DNA of 61,160 nucleotides. It comes from Candidatus Izemoplasma sp. GTDB taxonomy: Bacteria; Bacillota_I; Bacilli_A; Izemoplasmatales; Izemoplasmataceae. Positions 45,781 to 54,469 of this stretch are shown here, piece after piece; position 1 is the first letter of the stretch; every line of letters begins with the position of its first letter. A program made the translations under genes and the position numbers. The stretch covers positions 1 to 61,160 of the forward strand of contig SKGE01000001.1 in the NCBI GenBank assembly GCA_007117625.1, written 5' to 3'. The notes under the pieces are model-generated. The model ran no database searches. It saw only the letters and a program-made list of their open reading frames with translations, and had not been told where the DNA came from.

Positions 45781-47524
45781 GCTCAAGTTCATCAATGAGT
45801 GTTTTTAGTCTGTTTACAACGGCTTCAAAGGCTGATTTTTCGGTTAAGTCAATGCCAGCTTTTTTGACTTGCTCAACTGGAAAATCATCGCCACCAGCCC
45901 GGAGTAATGTCATATGTTTTTCAATATTTTTTGGGTCTTCTTTAACAAGCTCATAAAGTTTTAAGCTCGCTGCGAAACTTGTGGCGTATTGATAGACATA
46001 AAATGGGGTGTTAAATAGATGTGGGATGTATGCCCAGACATATTGTTTTCCAGGTTCTTCGGTAATGTCGATATCATAAAACTTTTTGTAGAGGTCGACC
46101 ATGATGTTTGAGAGCGCTTCATAGGTGATTGGTTCCCCTTTTTCTGCAAGTTCATGGGTTTTGAGTTCGTAGGCTGCAAATAGGGTTTGTCGGTAAAACG
46201 TTCCTAAAATATCATCGATTGATTGTTGGAGTAAGGCAATCTTATCTTCGTTTGTTCCGGTGTTGGTTTTAATGAAGTAATCGAGTAAGTTGTGCTCGTT
46301 GAATGTTGAAGCGATTTCGGCTACAAAGATTGTGTAGTTTTGTGTGGCGACAGGCTGTGCTTCATGCGAAAACATTGAATGCATCGAGTGCCCTGCTTCA
46401 TGGGCGAGTGTGAAGACGCTGTTTAAGGTGTCATCGTAGTTGAGTAGGATAAACGGGTGTTCGTTTAAAGCGCTCCATGAATAAGCACCTGTTTGCTTGC
46501 CATCCGCTTCGAAGACATCGACGTAGCCTTCTTCTAAAGCTTCTTTAGCTTTTGATTTAAAAGCATCACTTAAGTGATCAATCGAGTTAAAAAAGAGTTC
46601 TTTCGCTTCTTCGTAACTAAATTTACTTTTACTTTTTGCAAGCGGCATAAAGCGGTCAAATGTGCGATGTTTTTTAAGCTTTAAGGTTTCTTTACGCAGG
46701 GTGTAGTAGCGTTTGATTAAATCGGTGTTTTCTGTGGCGACATCAACGAGGTTGTGATAGACGACAGGGTCGATGTTATTGCCAAATAAATAGCTGTCCA
46801 AGGTGGTTGGATATGCTCTTGATTTCATTCGCGCAAGATCTGCTTGTAAGACGGTGTTATAGATTTGAGCATAGGTGTGTTTATGATTTTCATAGTGTGA
46901 AAATATGGCACTGAAAACAGCTTCTCTATCGTCTGCATCTTGTAAGTCTGCTAGGTAACTTCTGAAGTTTCCACTGGTTACGTTGATGGTTTCACCGCTT
47001 TTTAAGGTGACTTCTTTAAAGGTGTTATCGGCAACCGCTAAAGCGCTGTAAAGTTGTGAACCTTGACTTGAAAGTTGGCGGTAATTCGCCAGCAACATTT
47101 CGCTTTGTTGGTCGAGTACGTGTTGTTGTTGGTGGAACAGTTTTTCTAATGGAAATCTATATTCTTTTAGATTGTCATCTTGTTCGATGAAGCCAAAGAC
47201 TTTTTCTTTTCCGATACTTAAAATTTCTGGGTTTTCAAAGGCTGAAGCTTTGCTGAGTTCGTTGAGTAGGTAAGCTACTTTTTGAACCCGCGCTGCGTTT
47301 TCTACGTTCTTTTTATTTAAGTCGCTTTTTAACGCGGCGTATTGATATAGTTTATGCGCCATTAAAGCGACTTCGCGTTGTTTGGTATAATAGCTTCTAA
47401 AGGCTTCAAAATCGTTAAGTTTTCCTTTGTAGTTCGGTATTTCTTCAATGATTCCTTGAAGCTTCTTTACTTCGGTTTCCCACGCCTCGATGGTGGGGTA
47501 GAGATTTTCTAATTTCCACTTCAT
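45764..47524 (-). CDS. pepF: Oligoendopeptidase F (M3B)
   Basis: Zn motif HEAGHSMH. RBS GGAGGG before ATG 47524 (MKWKLENLYP). The 26-codon upstream ORF extension has no RBS. Confidence 0.92.
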   Translation of the reverse strand: MKWKLENLYPTIEAWETEVKKLQGIIEEIPNYKGKLNDFEAFRSYYTKQREVALMAHKLYQYAALKSDLNKKNVENAARVQKVAYLLNELSKASAFENPEILSIGKEKVFGFIEQDDNLKEYRFPLEKLFHQQQHVLDQQSEMLLANYRQLSSQGSQLYSALAVADNTFKEVTLKSGETINVTSGNFRSYLADLQDADDREAVFSAIFSHYENHKHTYAQIYNTVLQADLARMKSRAYPTTLDSYLFGNNIDPVVYHNLVDVATENTDLIKRYYTLRKETLKLKKHRTFDRFMPLAKSKSKFSYEEAKELFFNSIDHLSDAFKSKAKEALEEGYVDVFEADGKQTGAYSWSALNEHPFILLNYDDTLNSVFTLAHEAGHSMHSMFSHEAQPVATQNYTIFVAEIASTFNEHNLLDYFIKTNTGTNEDKIALLQQSIDDILGTFYRQTLFAAYELKTHELAEKGEPITYEALSNIMVDLYKKFYDIDITEEPGKQYVWAYIPHLFNTPFYVYQYATSFAASLKLYELVKEDPKNIEKHMTLLRAGGDDFPVEQVKKAGIDLTEKSAFEAVVNRLKTLIDELELALKA

Positions 47525-47624
47525 AATTGGCCCTCCATTTGTTATAATAAAGTACCTTCGTATTATAGCATAGATAAAATTGGATTTCATGAAACAATGC
47601 AAGCATTTTCATTAAAATGATTAT

Positions 47625-47652
47625 TTGAATTTTTTATAATTTATGGTATACT
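47625..47652 (+). promoter_or_regulatory. Candidate spx promoter
   Basis: TTGAAT - 16 nt - TATACT with an extended TGg. Confidence 0.45.
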
Positions 47653-47689
47653 TACTTTGGAGGTAGTCAATACTAAGGAGGAAGCTTGT

Positions 47690-48157
47690 ATGATTCAAAT
47701 GTATACAACACCAAGTTGCTCATCATGTAGAAAAGCGAAGAAATGGTTTGAGGAACATCGTATTGAGTATCGCGAGAAAAACATCTTTAATATTAAGCTG
47801 ACAAAAGATGATATCATGCTCATGTTAAGGAATACTGAAGGCGGATTCGAAGATATCATTTCAACCCGTTCGAAAGTTTTCCAAGATAAAAACTTAAACA
47901 TGGAAGATATGACAATGCGTGAGCTTACAGATTTTATTATTGCGAACCCAAGTGTGTTAAGACGCCCGATCATCATCGAAGATAATAAGATGCAAGTTGG
48001 CTATAATGAGGATGAAATTCGTACGTTTATTCCGAAACGTTTAAGAGAAATCATTATGTGCACTACGTGTGATAAAGGTGAAGATTGCGATTATGTACAT
48101 GCGCTTGAAACCTACTTTAAAGAACTGCGTGATGAGAAAGTAAAAGCTACAAACTAA
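47690..48157 (+). CDS. spx: Spx/ArsC-family redox regulator with a C-terminal extension
   Basis: MIQMYTTPSCSSCRKAKKWFEEH (CxxC) and the RPII..D...QVGYNEDEIR core. About 25 extra C-terminal residues contain CTTCDKGEDC. RBS AAGGAGG. Confidence 0.88.
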   Translation: MIQMYTTPSCSSCRKAKKWFEEHRIEYREKNIFNIKLTKDDIMLMLRNTEGGFEDIISTRSKVFQDKNLNMEDMTMRELTDFIIANPSVLRRPIIIEDNKMQVGYNEDEIRTFIPKRLREIIMCTTCDKGEDCDYVHALETYFKELRDEKVKATN

Positions 48158-48162
48158 TCACT

Positions 48163-48196
48163 AAACCTCTTAATATCTATTAGGAGGTTTTTTTAT
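48163..48196 (+). terminator. Intrinsic terminator
   Basis: AACCTCTTAATA...TATTAGGAGGTT followed by T7. Confidence 0.7.
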
Positions 48197-48284
48197 GCAC
48201 AGGTGCAATGATTTGTTTTTTTGTGCAGTTTTGTTAAGATTAAGATAAGCTATAAGCGTGTTTTATCTATAAGGAGATGTTATT

Positions 48285-50132
48285 GTGTTAGACACCTTAA
48301 AGGTAGCGTATGATAATATTCGTTTCAATCTAAAGACTTTGATTATTTTCCAACTCGGGTACTTATTGCTTGGGTTGGTCTTGGTGCTACCGCTTGTGCG
48401 GTTACTGTTTTACGGAGCGATTCGTATCTCTGGATATGTATACATTACCAATACGATGATGCTGAATTTTTTAATGCGACCACAAACGCTTGTGATCCTT
48501 TTTGCTATTGCAGTCATTGTCAGTATTTATGTGGTAATTGAAATGGTCACTTTGGCGATTTTGTTTGAGTTTGGGCATTACAAAGAAAAGATTGATGTTT
48601 TAAGTTTGCTTGATGCTGGCATGCGTAAGGTCGGAATTGTTTTAAAGAACCATCATGTTAAGGTTGTTTTTTCTGCGTTTTTGTTTTTGTTCGTTGTAGA
48701 GGCATTTCATTTGAGTGGCTTTGCGAGTACAACGACAATTCCAAGACAATTGATTGAAGAGGGACGAACACTTCTACCGCTTCAAATAGGTTTTTACATG
48801 ATTGCCGTTTTGTTTGTTGCACTGTTTATTGAGACGATTTTTTCAATCAATATATACACCTTTGAGTCGTTATCTTTTAAGAAAGCTTATCTAAAAACAC
48901 GGGTGATGTTAAAAGGGCAACGCGTAAAAATGTTTGGATTATTTGTGATTGTAAATTTAGTATTAAATATACTTTTATACCTTTTTTATCTAGTTGTGAT
49001 TGCGTTATTGGCGGGAATCATATTTATTACTAGAGGACAAACACAGTTACTCGGGGTGCTGTTATCGACACTCTATGTTACATACATTATTGTGATGACA
49101 TTAGCAACGATTGTTTTGATACCAATCAATTATGCGATGATTGCGTCTTGGTATTATAAGCGCAAAGATGTGTTGGGGTATGAACGGAAAAATACCTATG
49201 TTCCAAAAGCGCGAAAACAACGATTTAGCCCAAACTTGATTCGTCGAGTGAGTTTAACGGTTTTAACGATTGTGCTAGGGGTGAATATTGCGAATACTTT
49301 TACCTTGATCGGGCATACGAGATCACCGGTAGAGCTATTTAACAGAGCGGATGTGGTCGCGCATCGCGGGGCTTCTTTGGTGGCTCCTGAAAACACCTTG
49401 GCGTCTGTGCAAGCGGCGTTAGATATGAACGTTGATGGCGTTGAGTTCGACGTTAAAATGACACGTGATGGAGTGCCTATATTGATGCATGATGATACGC
49501 TTGGTAGAACGACCGATGATGGGACTAATCAAAACGTCGAAAATGTTGACTTTTCATATATTGAAACGCTTGATGCAGGCAGTTGGTTTAGTGATGCGTT
49601 TGATGGTGAACCCGTTCCAACATTGAGAGAAACCCTTGAGTTGATTGATGGTCGAGCGACAGCATATATTGATTTGAAATCACGCGGTGAAACCTTTAAT
49701 CGTGCGATTGTCGATATTATTGAAGATCTCGATATGGTAGATGATGTTAAAGTGATGAGCTTTAGTTTGCCTCAGCTTACTTCTATTAAAGCGATGAATG
49801 AAGATATTGAGACGGTTTTACTGATTGCAACTTTCATTGGAAACTTCGAGACGTTTATCCGTAATGATGCTGTTGATAATATTGCGGTTCGAGGGTTTTT
49901 ACTAAGAAACAATATTGAGTTTATTCAGCGAACTCACGAAGAAGGTAAGCGCGTGTATGTTTGGACGGTTGAAACGTATGATGATGCGATTTTCTTTGTT
50001 AACCGTGATATTAGTGGATTGATTGCAAAGGATCCGAATGTAGCTCGTGAGGCAGTCCATGCGAAGAATACGAATCCTGCGATTATCGATTGGTTAAGGG
50101 TTTTATTTGAACCTAGAAATATACCACAATAA
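48285..50132 (+). CDS. Membrane-anchored glycerophosphodiester phosphodiesterase
   Basis: N-terminal ~330-aa polytopic domain plus a C-terminal GDPD domain (VAHRGAS..PENT, EFDVKMTRDGVPILMHD). GTG start after AAGGAG. Confidence 0.88.
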   Translation: MLDTLKVAYDNIRFNLKTLIIFQLGYLLLGLVLVLPLVRLLFYGAIRISGYVYITNTMMLNFLMRPQTLVILFAIAVIVSIYVVIEMVTLAILFEFGHYKEKIDVLSLLDAGMRKVGIVLKNHHVKVVFSAFLFLFVVEAFHLSGFASTTTIPRQLIEEGRTLLPLQIGFYMIAVLFVALFIETIFSINIYTFESLSFKKAYLKTRVMLKGQRVKMFGLFVIVNLVLNILLYLFYLVVIALLAGIIFITRGQTQLLGVLLSTLYVTYIIVMTLATIVLIPINYAMIASWYYKRKDVLGYERKNTYVPKARKQRFSPNLIRRVSLTVLTIVLGVNIANTFTLIGHTRSPVELFNRADVVAHRGASLVAPENTLASVQAALDMNVDGVEFDVKMTRDGVPILMHDDTLGRTTDDGTNQNVENVDFSYIETLDAGSWFSDAFDGEPVPTLRETLELIDGRATAYIDLKSRGETFNRAIVDIIEDLDMVDDVKVMSFSLPQLTSIKAMNEDIETVLLIATFIGNFETFIRNDAVDNIAVRGFLLRNNIEFIQRTHEEGKRVYVWTVETYDDAIFFVNRDISGLIAKDPNVAREAVHAKNTNPAIIDWLRVLFEPRNIPQ

Positions 50133-50150
50133 AGAAAATGATTTTTGGTT

Positions 50151-50164
50151 TGAAAACGTTTTTA
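50151..50164. promoter_or_regulatory. cre-like palindrome upstream of gapA
   Basis: TGAAAACGTTTTTA, with a perfect AAAACGTTTT core. Resembles the CcpA cre consensus TGWAANCGNTNWCA except at the 3' end. Confidence 0.3.
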
Positions 50165-50247
50165 AAGCCTTGATATAAGTTGAGTTTTGATGTTTAAAGC
50201 GCTATAATGAAAATGTATGAAAATGATATTTATAGGAGGATTTATTC

Positions 50248-51258
50248 ATGGGAGTTAAAGTAGCAATTAATGGTTTTGGAAGAATTGGTCGTTTGGCTTT
50301 TCGTTTAATGAACGATAACCCGGAGTTTGACATTGTCGCGATCAACGATTTAACAGATGCAGAAAGTTTGGCTTACTTGCTGAAATACGATACAGCGCAA
50401 GGACGTTATAAAACAGATGCAATTAGTTTTGAAGGGAACAGCATTATTGTCGATGGCAAAGAGATTAAAATTTATGCTGAACGCGATCCTGAAGACTTAC
50501 CTTGGAAAGAACTTGGCGTTGATGTTGTATTAGAATGTACTGGATTCTTTACAAGCAAAGACAAAGCAGAAAAGCACATTAAAGCAGGTGCGAATAAAGT
50601 CGTTATTAGTGCGCCAGCTAAAGGTGATTTGAAGACAGTTGTGTACAATGTTAACCACGATATTTTAGATGGTTCTGAGACGGTTATCAGTGGAGCATCT
50701 TGTACGACAAACTGCCTTGCACCAATCGTTAAAGTTTTAGATGATAACTTTGGGATTAATCGCGGATTTATGACCACCGCACATGCTTATACCAATGATC
50801 AAAATACTTTAGACGGACCACATGCTAAAGATATTCATGCACGCCGTGGTCGTGCAGCAGCGGCGAATATTGTACCAACAACAACTGGGGCTGCGGCAGC
50901 TGTTGGACTCGTTTTACCACACTTAAACGGTAAATTGGATGGATTCGCTTTACGCGTCCCAACCGTTACAGGTTCTGCAGTAGATTTAGTCGTTGAACTT
51001 GATAAAAAAGTTGATAAAGAAACTGTAAATCAAGCGATTAAAAATGCGGCGAATGAAACGATTGGTTACACAGAAGACCCAATTGTTTCAAGTGATACAA
51101 TCGGTATGGAGTTCGGAACGCTTTTTGATGCGCAAATGACTTCAGTACTAAACACAGATGATGGTAAACAGTTGGTTAAAGTACTTATGTGGTACGATAA
51201 CGAAATGAGTTATGTGGCTCAAATGGTTCGTACGATTAAAGTCTTAGCGATTCGCTAA
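50248..51258 (+). CDS. gapA: Glyceraldehyde-3-phosphate dehydrogenase
   Basis: INGFGRIGR and active site SCTTNCLAP. Confidence 0.97.
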   Translation: MGVKVAINGFGRIGRLAFRLMNDNPEFDIVAINDLTDAESLAYLLKYDTAQGRYKTDAISFEGNSIIVDGKEIKIYAERDPEDLPWKELGVDVVLECTGFFTSKDKAEKHIKAGANKVVISAPAKGDLKTVVYNVNHDILDGSETVISGASCTTNCLAPIVKVLDDNFGINRGFMTTAHAYTNDQNTLDGPHAKDIHARRGRAAAANIVPTTTGAAAAVGLVLPHLNGKLDGFALRVPTVTGSAVDLVVELDKKVDKETVNQAIKNAANETIGYTEDPIVSSDTIGMEFGTLFDAQMTSVLNTDDGKQLVKVLMWYDNEMSYVAQMVRTIKVLAIR

Positions 51259-51274
51259 GGATTGATTTTCAATA

Positions 51275-51303
51275 AAAATGTTGACTTCGGTCAGCATTTT
51301 TTA
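51275..51303 (+). terminator. Intrinsic terminator
   Basis: AAAATGTTGAC-ttcg-GTCAGCATTTT followed by a T-run. Confidence 0.8.
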
Positions 51304-51366
51304 TTTTTATATATCTTAGTTACTAAGTTTGCATGAACATGTTATAATATTTTTTGAGGTGATTAT

Positions 51367-52635
51367 ATGTTAGAACATGTTGTTGAAGCTAGAAAAAAAC
51401 TATATGAACGCATGGAATCTGAATCGGTGGCTCTTTTTTTTGCTGGGAGTGCACCCCATAGAACAACGGATCAGTACTATAAGTACGCGCCACAGAGAAA
51501 TTTTTATTATTTAACAAATCTTCATGAGCCAAATATGATTTTGATGATGTTAAACGGTAAAGAGGATACAAAAACCTATTTGTTTGTGGAAGAAAATACC
51601 GATCATATTATTAAGTGGGAAGGCGCTCGTATGGAGAAGCAAGCTGCTTCTGAGCGTTCAGGAATAGATATTGCAAATATCCGCTACTTAAAAGAGTTTG
51701 ATGGTATGTTTCATCAAGTGATGAATTATGCGAGAAGTGTGATGGGAACGCCTCCTAAAACACTTTATCTTGATCTTTACCACGTCGATCCTAAAAACCC
51801 ACCAATCGCACTTGAGCAGGCTGATCGGATTTTGAAAAACTACAAAGAGTTAACGGTCAAAGCCATTAATGAGCATACGTCTTATTTGAGAATGTTCAAA
51901 TCTGATGCAGAGATTAAACAGATTCAAGCTGCGATCAATCATACAGAAAAAGGGTTAAATAATGTCATGAAGAAGCTTAAAGCGCGCAGTCATGAGTATC
52001 AGTTAGAAGCTGATTTTTTACATGAGATCACACTTTCTGGTAGTGAAGGCAATGCCTTTGAGACGATTGCGGCGTGTTCAGATAATGCGACTGTTTTACA
52101 TTACATAGAAAATCGTGATGTTTTGAAAAAAGATGCCTTAATTTTGTTTGATTTAGGAGCTCTACATCAAAATTATGCATCAGATATTTCAAGAACTTAC
52201 CCGGTGAGCGGGAAGTTTACTAAACGTCAAAAAACGCTTTATAATATTGTTTTAGAAGTTAATAAAGCAACGATTGAAGAAATTCGACCAGGTGTTACTT
52301 GGAAGCATTTGAATGATTTTGCCAAACAGATGTTGATTGAGAAAACCAAAGCAATTGGTTTGATCAAAGAAGATACAGAGATTAGTGAGTTGTATTATCA
52401 TTCAATCGGACACTTTATGGGCTTAGATGTCCATGATGTAGGTCATTACAATATACCTTTAGAAGCAGGGATGGTATTAACGATAGAACCTGGGCTATAC
52501 ATTAAAGATGAAGGTATTGGAATTCGTATAGAAGATGATATTTTAGTAACAAAAGATGGTTATAAGAATTTAAGTCAGTCAATTATTAAAGAAGTTGAAG
52601 ATATTGAAGCGTTTATCGCTTTAGACGAAAAATAA
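51367..52635 (+). CDS. Xaa-Pro aminopeptidase (M24B)
   Basis: Metal ligands in FDLGA..YASDISRT, HSIGHFMGLDVHD, TIEPG and IRIEDD. Confidence 0.9.
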   Translation: MLEHVVEARKKLYERMESESVALFFAGSAPHRTTDQYYKYAPQRNFYYLTNLHEPNMILMMLNGKEDTKTYLFVEENTDHIIKWEGARMEKQAASERSGIDIANIRYLKEFDGMFHQVMNYARSVMGTPPKTLYLDLYHVDPKNPPIALEQADRILKNYKELTVKAINEHTSYLRMFKSDAEIKQIQAAINHTEKGLNNVMKKLKARSHEYQLEADFLHEITLSGSEGNAFETIAACSDNATVLHYIENRDVLKKDALILFDLGALHQNYASDISRTYPVSGKFTKRQKTLYNIVLEVNKATIEEIRPGVTWKHLNDFAKQMLIEKTKAIGLIKEDTEISELYYHSIGHFMGLDVHDVGHYNIPLEAGMVLTIEPGLYIKDEGIGIRIEDDILVTKDGYKNLSQSIIKEVEDIEAFIALDEK

Positions 52636-52687
52636 AATTTAAGACCATACAATGTGTGGTCTTAATCTATTAAAAGGTTGGATAGGC

Positions 52688-54397
52688 ATGAAGAAACTAT
52701 TACTGTTTACATTGTTTGTATTTGTTATGATTATTGCAATAGGTTGTCAAGATGAGGAACAAGGGGACCCTACGATTCAAGCGGTGATGGTCGATCGCTC
52801 GACAATCCCTGCTGATAATATTATTGGTGAGTTTACTTTAGAAACGATTGAGTTGCTCGTGTATTATAGCAATGGTGAGATTGGTCGCAAATCAGTGACT
52901 GAGGCTATGTTAGAAGCGAATCAGTCAGAAAAACTCAATGAGATGGGTACGCATAGTATACGCCTTAGTTATCGCGGGCATCGCACAGAGTTTGAGATTA
53001 CGATGCTTGATTCAGGAAGTCGCATTCTTGATTTTTATTACGTCAATGATCTCCATGGGGCACTGTTGCCAGATGGTAATCAAATGGGCATGGCTGCGAT
53101 TGGTAATTTGTTGAATGATGCACGAAGTAAAAGACCAGATTCAACGGTCATTTTAGCAGGTGGCGATATGCTACAAGGCGGGTTTATTTCAAATGCATCA
53201 TACGGTGAAATCGCGGTAGAACTTATGGATATGGTTGGCTTTGATGCGGCTGCGGTTGGAAACCATGAGTTTGATTGGGGATTAGAAACGGTGACACGCT
53301 ACTATTTAGATGGTAATGAAGATGTTTATCGTGCTCAGCATCCTTTTTTAGGCGCAAATGTTGTTTATAAAGGAACGCAGAATTTACCAGATGGGATCGA
53401 TCCTTATACGATTTTAGAAAAAGGAGATCTACGGATTGGTGTGATTGGAATCATGGGCTATGGATTAGAAAGTTCGATCGCTAGGTTGATGGTTCAAGGC
53501 TATGAATTTTTAGATCCTGTGCCGATTATTGGTGATTATGCAGAATATTTAAGACAAGAAGAAGCGGTTGATTTGGTCGTGGTGGCGGCTCATGCGGGAA
53601 CTCAAGGATTAAATAGTCGCGTTGCGAATCTAACTGGAGATGCCCGTGTTGATATCGTATTTAACGGACACACACATCGCGCTGAAACCGCGACTTTTGG
53701 GAATATGCTTTCGATGCAATCAGGCGGATATGGGTCTCATGTTGGCCACATTCGGTTGGTTGTTACGGATGGGAATATTGTTGATTATGAGATGATAAAT
53801 TTAACTGCGAGTGATGATGCTCGGCTGCGCCGAGCTGATAGTGATATCGAGCTATTTTTGGATCAGGCCTTAGAAGATCTTTCTCATTACTTTGAAACGC
53901 TGTTTTTAGCAGAACGATATTTATCGAGAGATGAGCTTGCGGAATGGATGGCGCGTTTGATGTTAGAAGTTGCTGGGGCCGAATTTTCGTTTCAAAACAC
54001 TGGGGGAACAAGACATAGTATTGATTCTAATGAAGCCATATCTTTATCAACGCTATTGAATGTGTTCCCATTTGACAATCAAGTCGTGAGTGCATATGTA
54101 AGTGGTTATGAGTTGGAACCCTTTTTCTATAATGTAACCGTCTCAACGCTAACGTCTGACATCGATGACGATGCGCTTTATTTTATCGCGACAACGGATT
54201 TCTTGTTTTTCCGCGAAGGCAATCATCAAGAGGATAATCCAACGGTGGAATTGATTGCGAGAAACATGCAGGACTTGATTATTGAGGAGTTGCTGTTGCA
54301 AGCGGAAATTTATGAGAGTTTTGATACAAACAATCCATTGCTCTTACCAGGGTATATGGATGAAAACGATATTGATTTAGATGATTTATTTCATTAA
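52688..54397 (+). CDS. Lipoprotein 5'-nucleotidase / metallophosphoesterase
   Basis: Signal peptide with lipobox IGC (Cys20). Motifs GDMLQG, GNHEFDWG and NGHTH, plus a C-terminal 5'-nucleotidase substrate domain. Confidence 0.88.
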   Translation: MKKLLLFTLFVFVMIIAIGCQDEEQGDPTIQAVMVDRSTIPADNIIGEFTLETIELLVYYSNGEIGRKSVTEAMLEANQSEKLNEMGTHSIRLSYRGHRTEFEITMLDSGSRILDFYYVNDLHGALLPDGNQMGMAAIGNLLNDARSKRPDSTVILAGGDMLQGGFISNASYGEIAVELMDMVGFDAAAVGNHEFDWGLETVTRYYLDGNEDVYRAQHPFLGANVVYKGTQNLPDGIDPYTILEKGDLRIGVIGIMGYGLESSIARLMVQGYEFLDPVPIIGDYAEYLRQEEAVDLVVVAAHAGTQGLNSRVANLTGDARVDIVFNGHTHRAETATFGNMLSMQSGGYGSHVGHIRLVVTDGNIVDYEMINLTASDDARLRRADSDIELFLDQALEDLSHYFETLFLAERYLSRDELAEWMARLMLEVAGAEFSFQNTGGTRHSIDSNEAISLSTLLNVFPFDNQVVSAYVSGYELEPFFYNVTVSTLTSDIDDDALYFIATTDFLFFREGNHQEDNPTVELIARNMQDLIIEELLLQAEIYESFDTNNPLLLPGYMDENDIDLDDLFH

Positions 54398-54421
54398 AGG
54401 CTTGTTTTCAAGCCTTTTTTT
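54396..54421 (+). terminator. Intrinsic terminator
   Basis: AAAGGCTT-gttttc-AAGCCTTT followed by a T-run. Confidence 0.8.
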
Positions 54422-54469
54422 CAACACTGAAATAGTGCTCGTATGCTATAATACGTTTGAGGTGAAAGT

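Noticed and set aside
47525-47602. N-terminal ORF extensions offered by the ORF track. These affect pepF (47602), rpe (22775), the trmR-like gene (60327), the 5'-nucleotidase (52652), fakA (24562) and the first PepF-like gene (2815).
   Set aside because: In each case an internal ATG with a good Shine-Dalgarno gives the conserved N-terminus. The extension overlaps the upstream gene or promoter.
51243-51259. Palindrome CTTAGCGA-t-TCGCTAAG across the gapA stop codon.
   Set aside because: A 1-nt loop cannot form an RNA hairpin, and the sequence is mostly coding (LAIR*). The real terminator is at 51275-51303.
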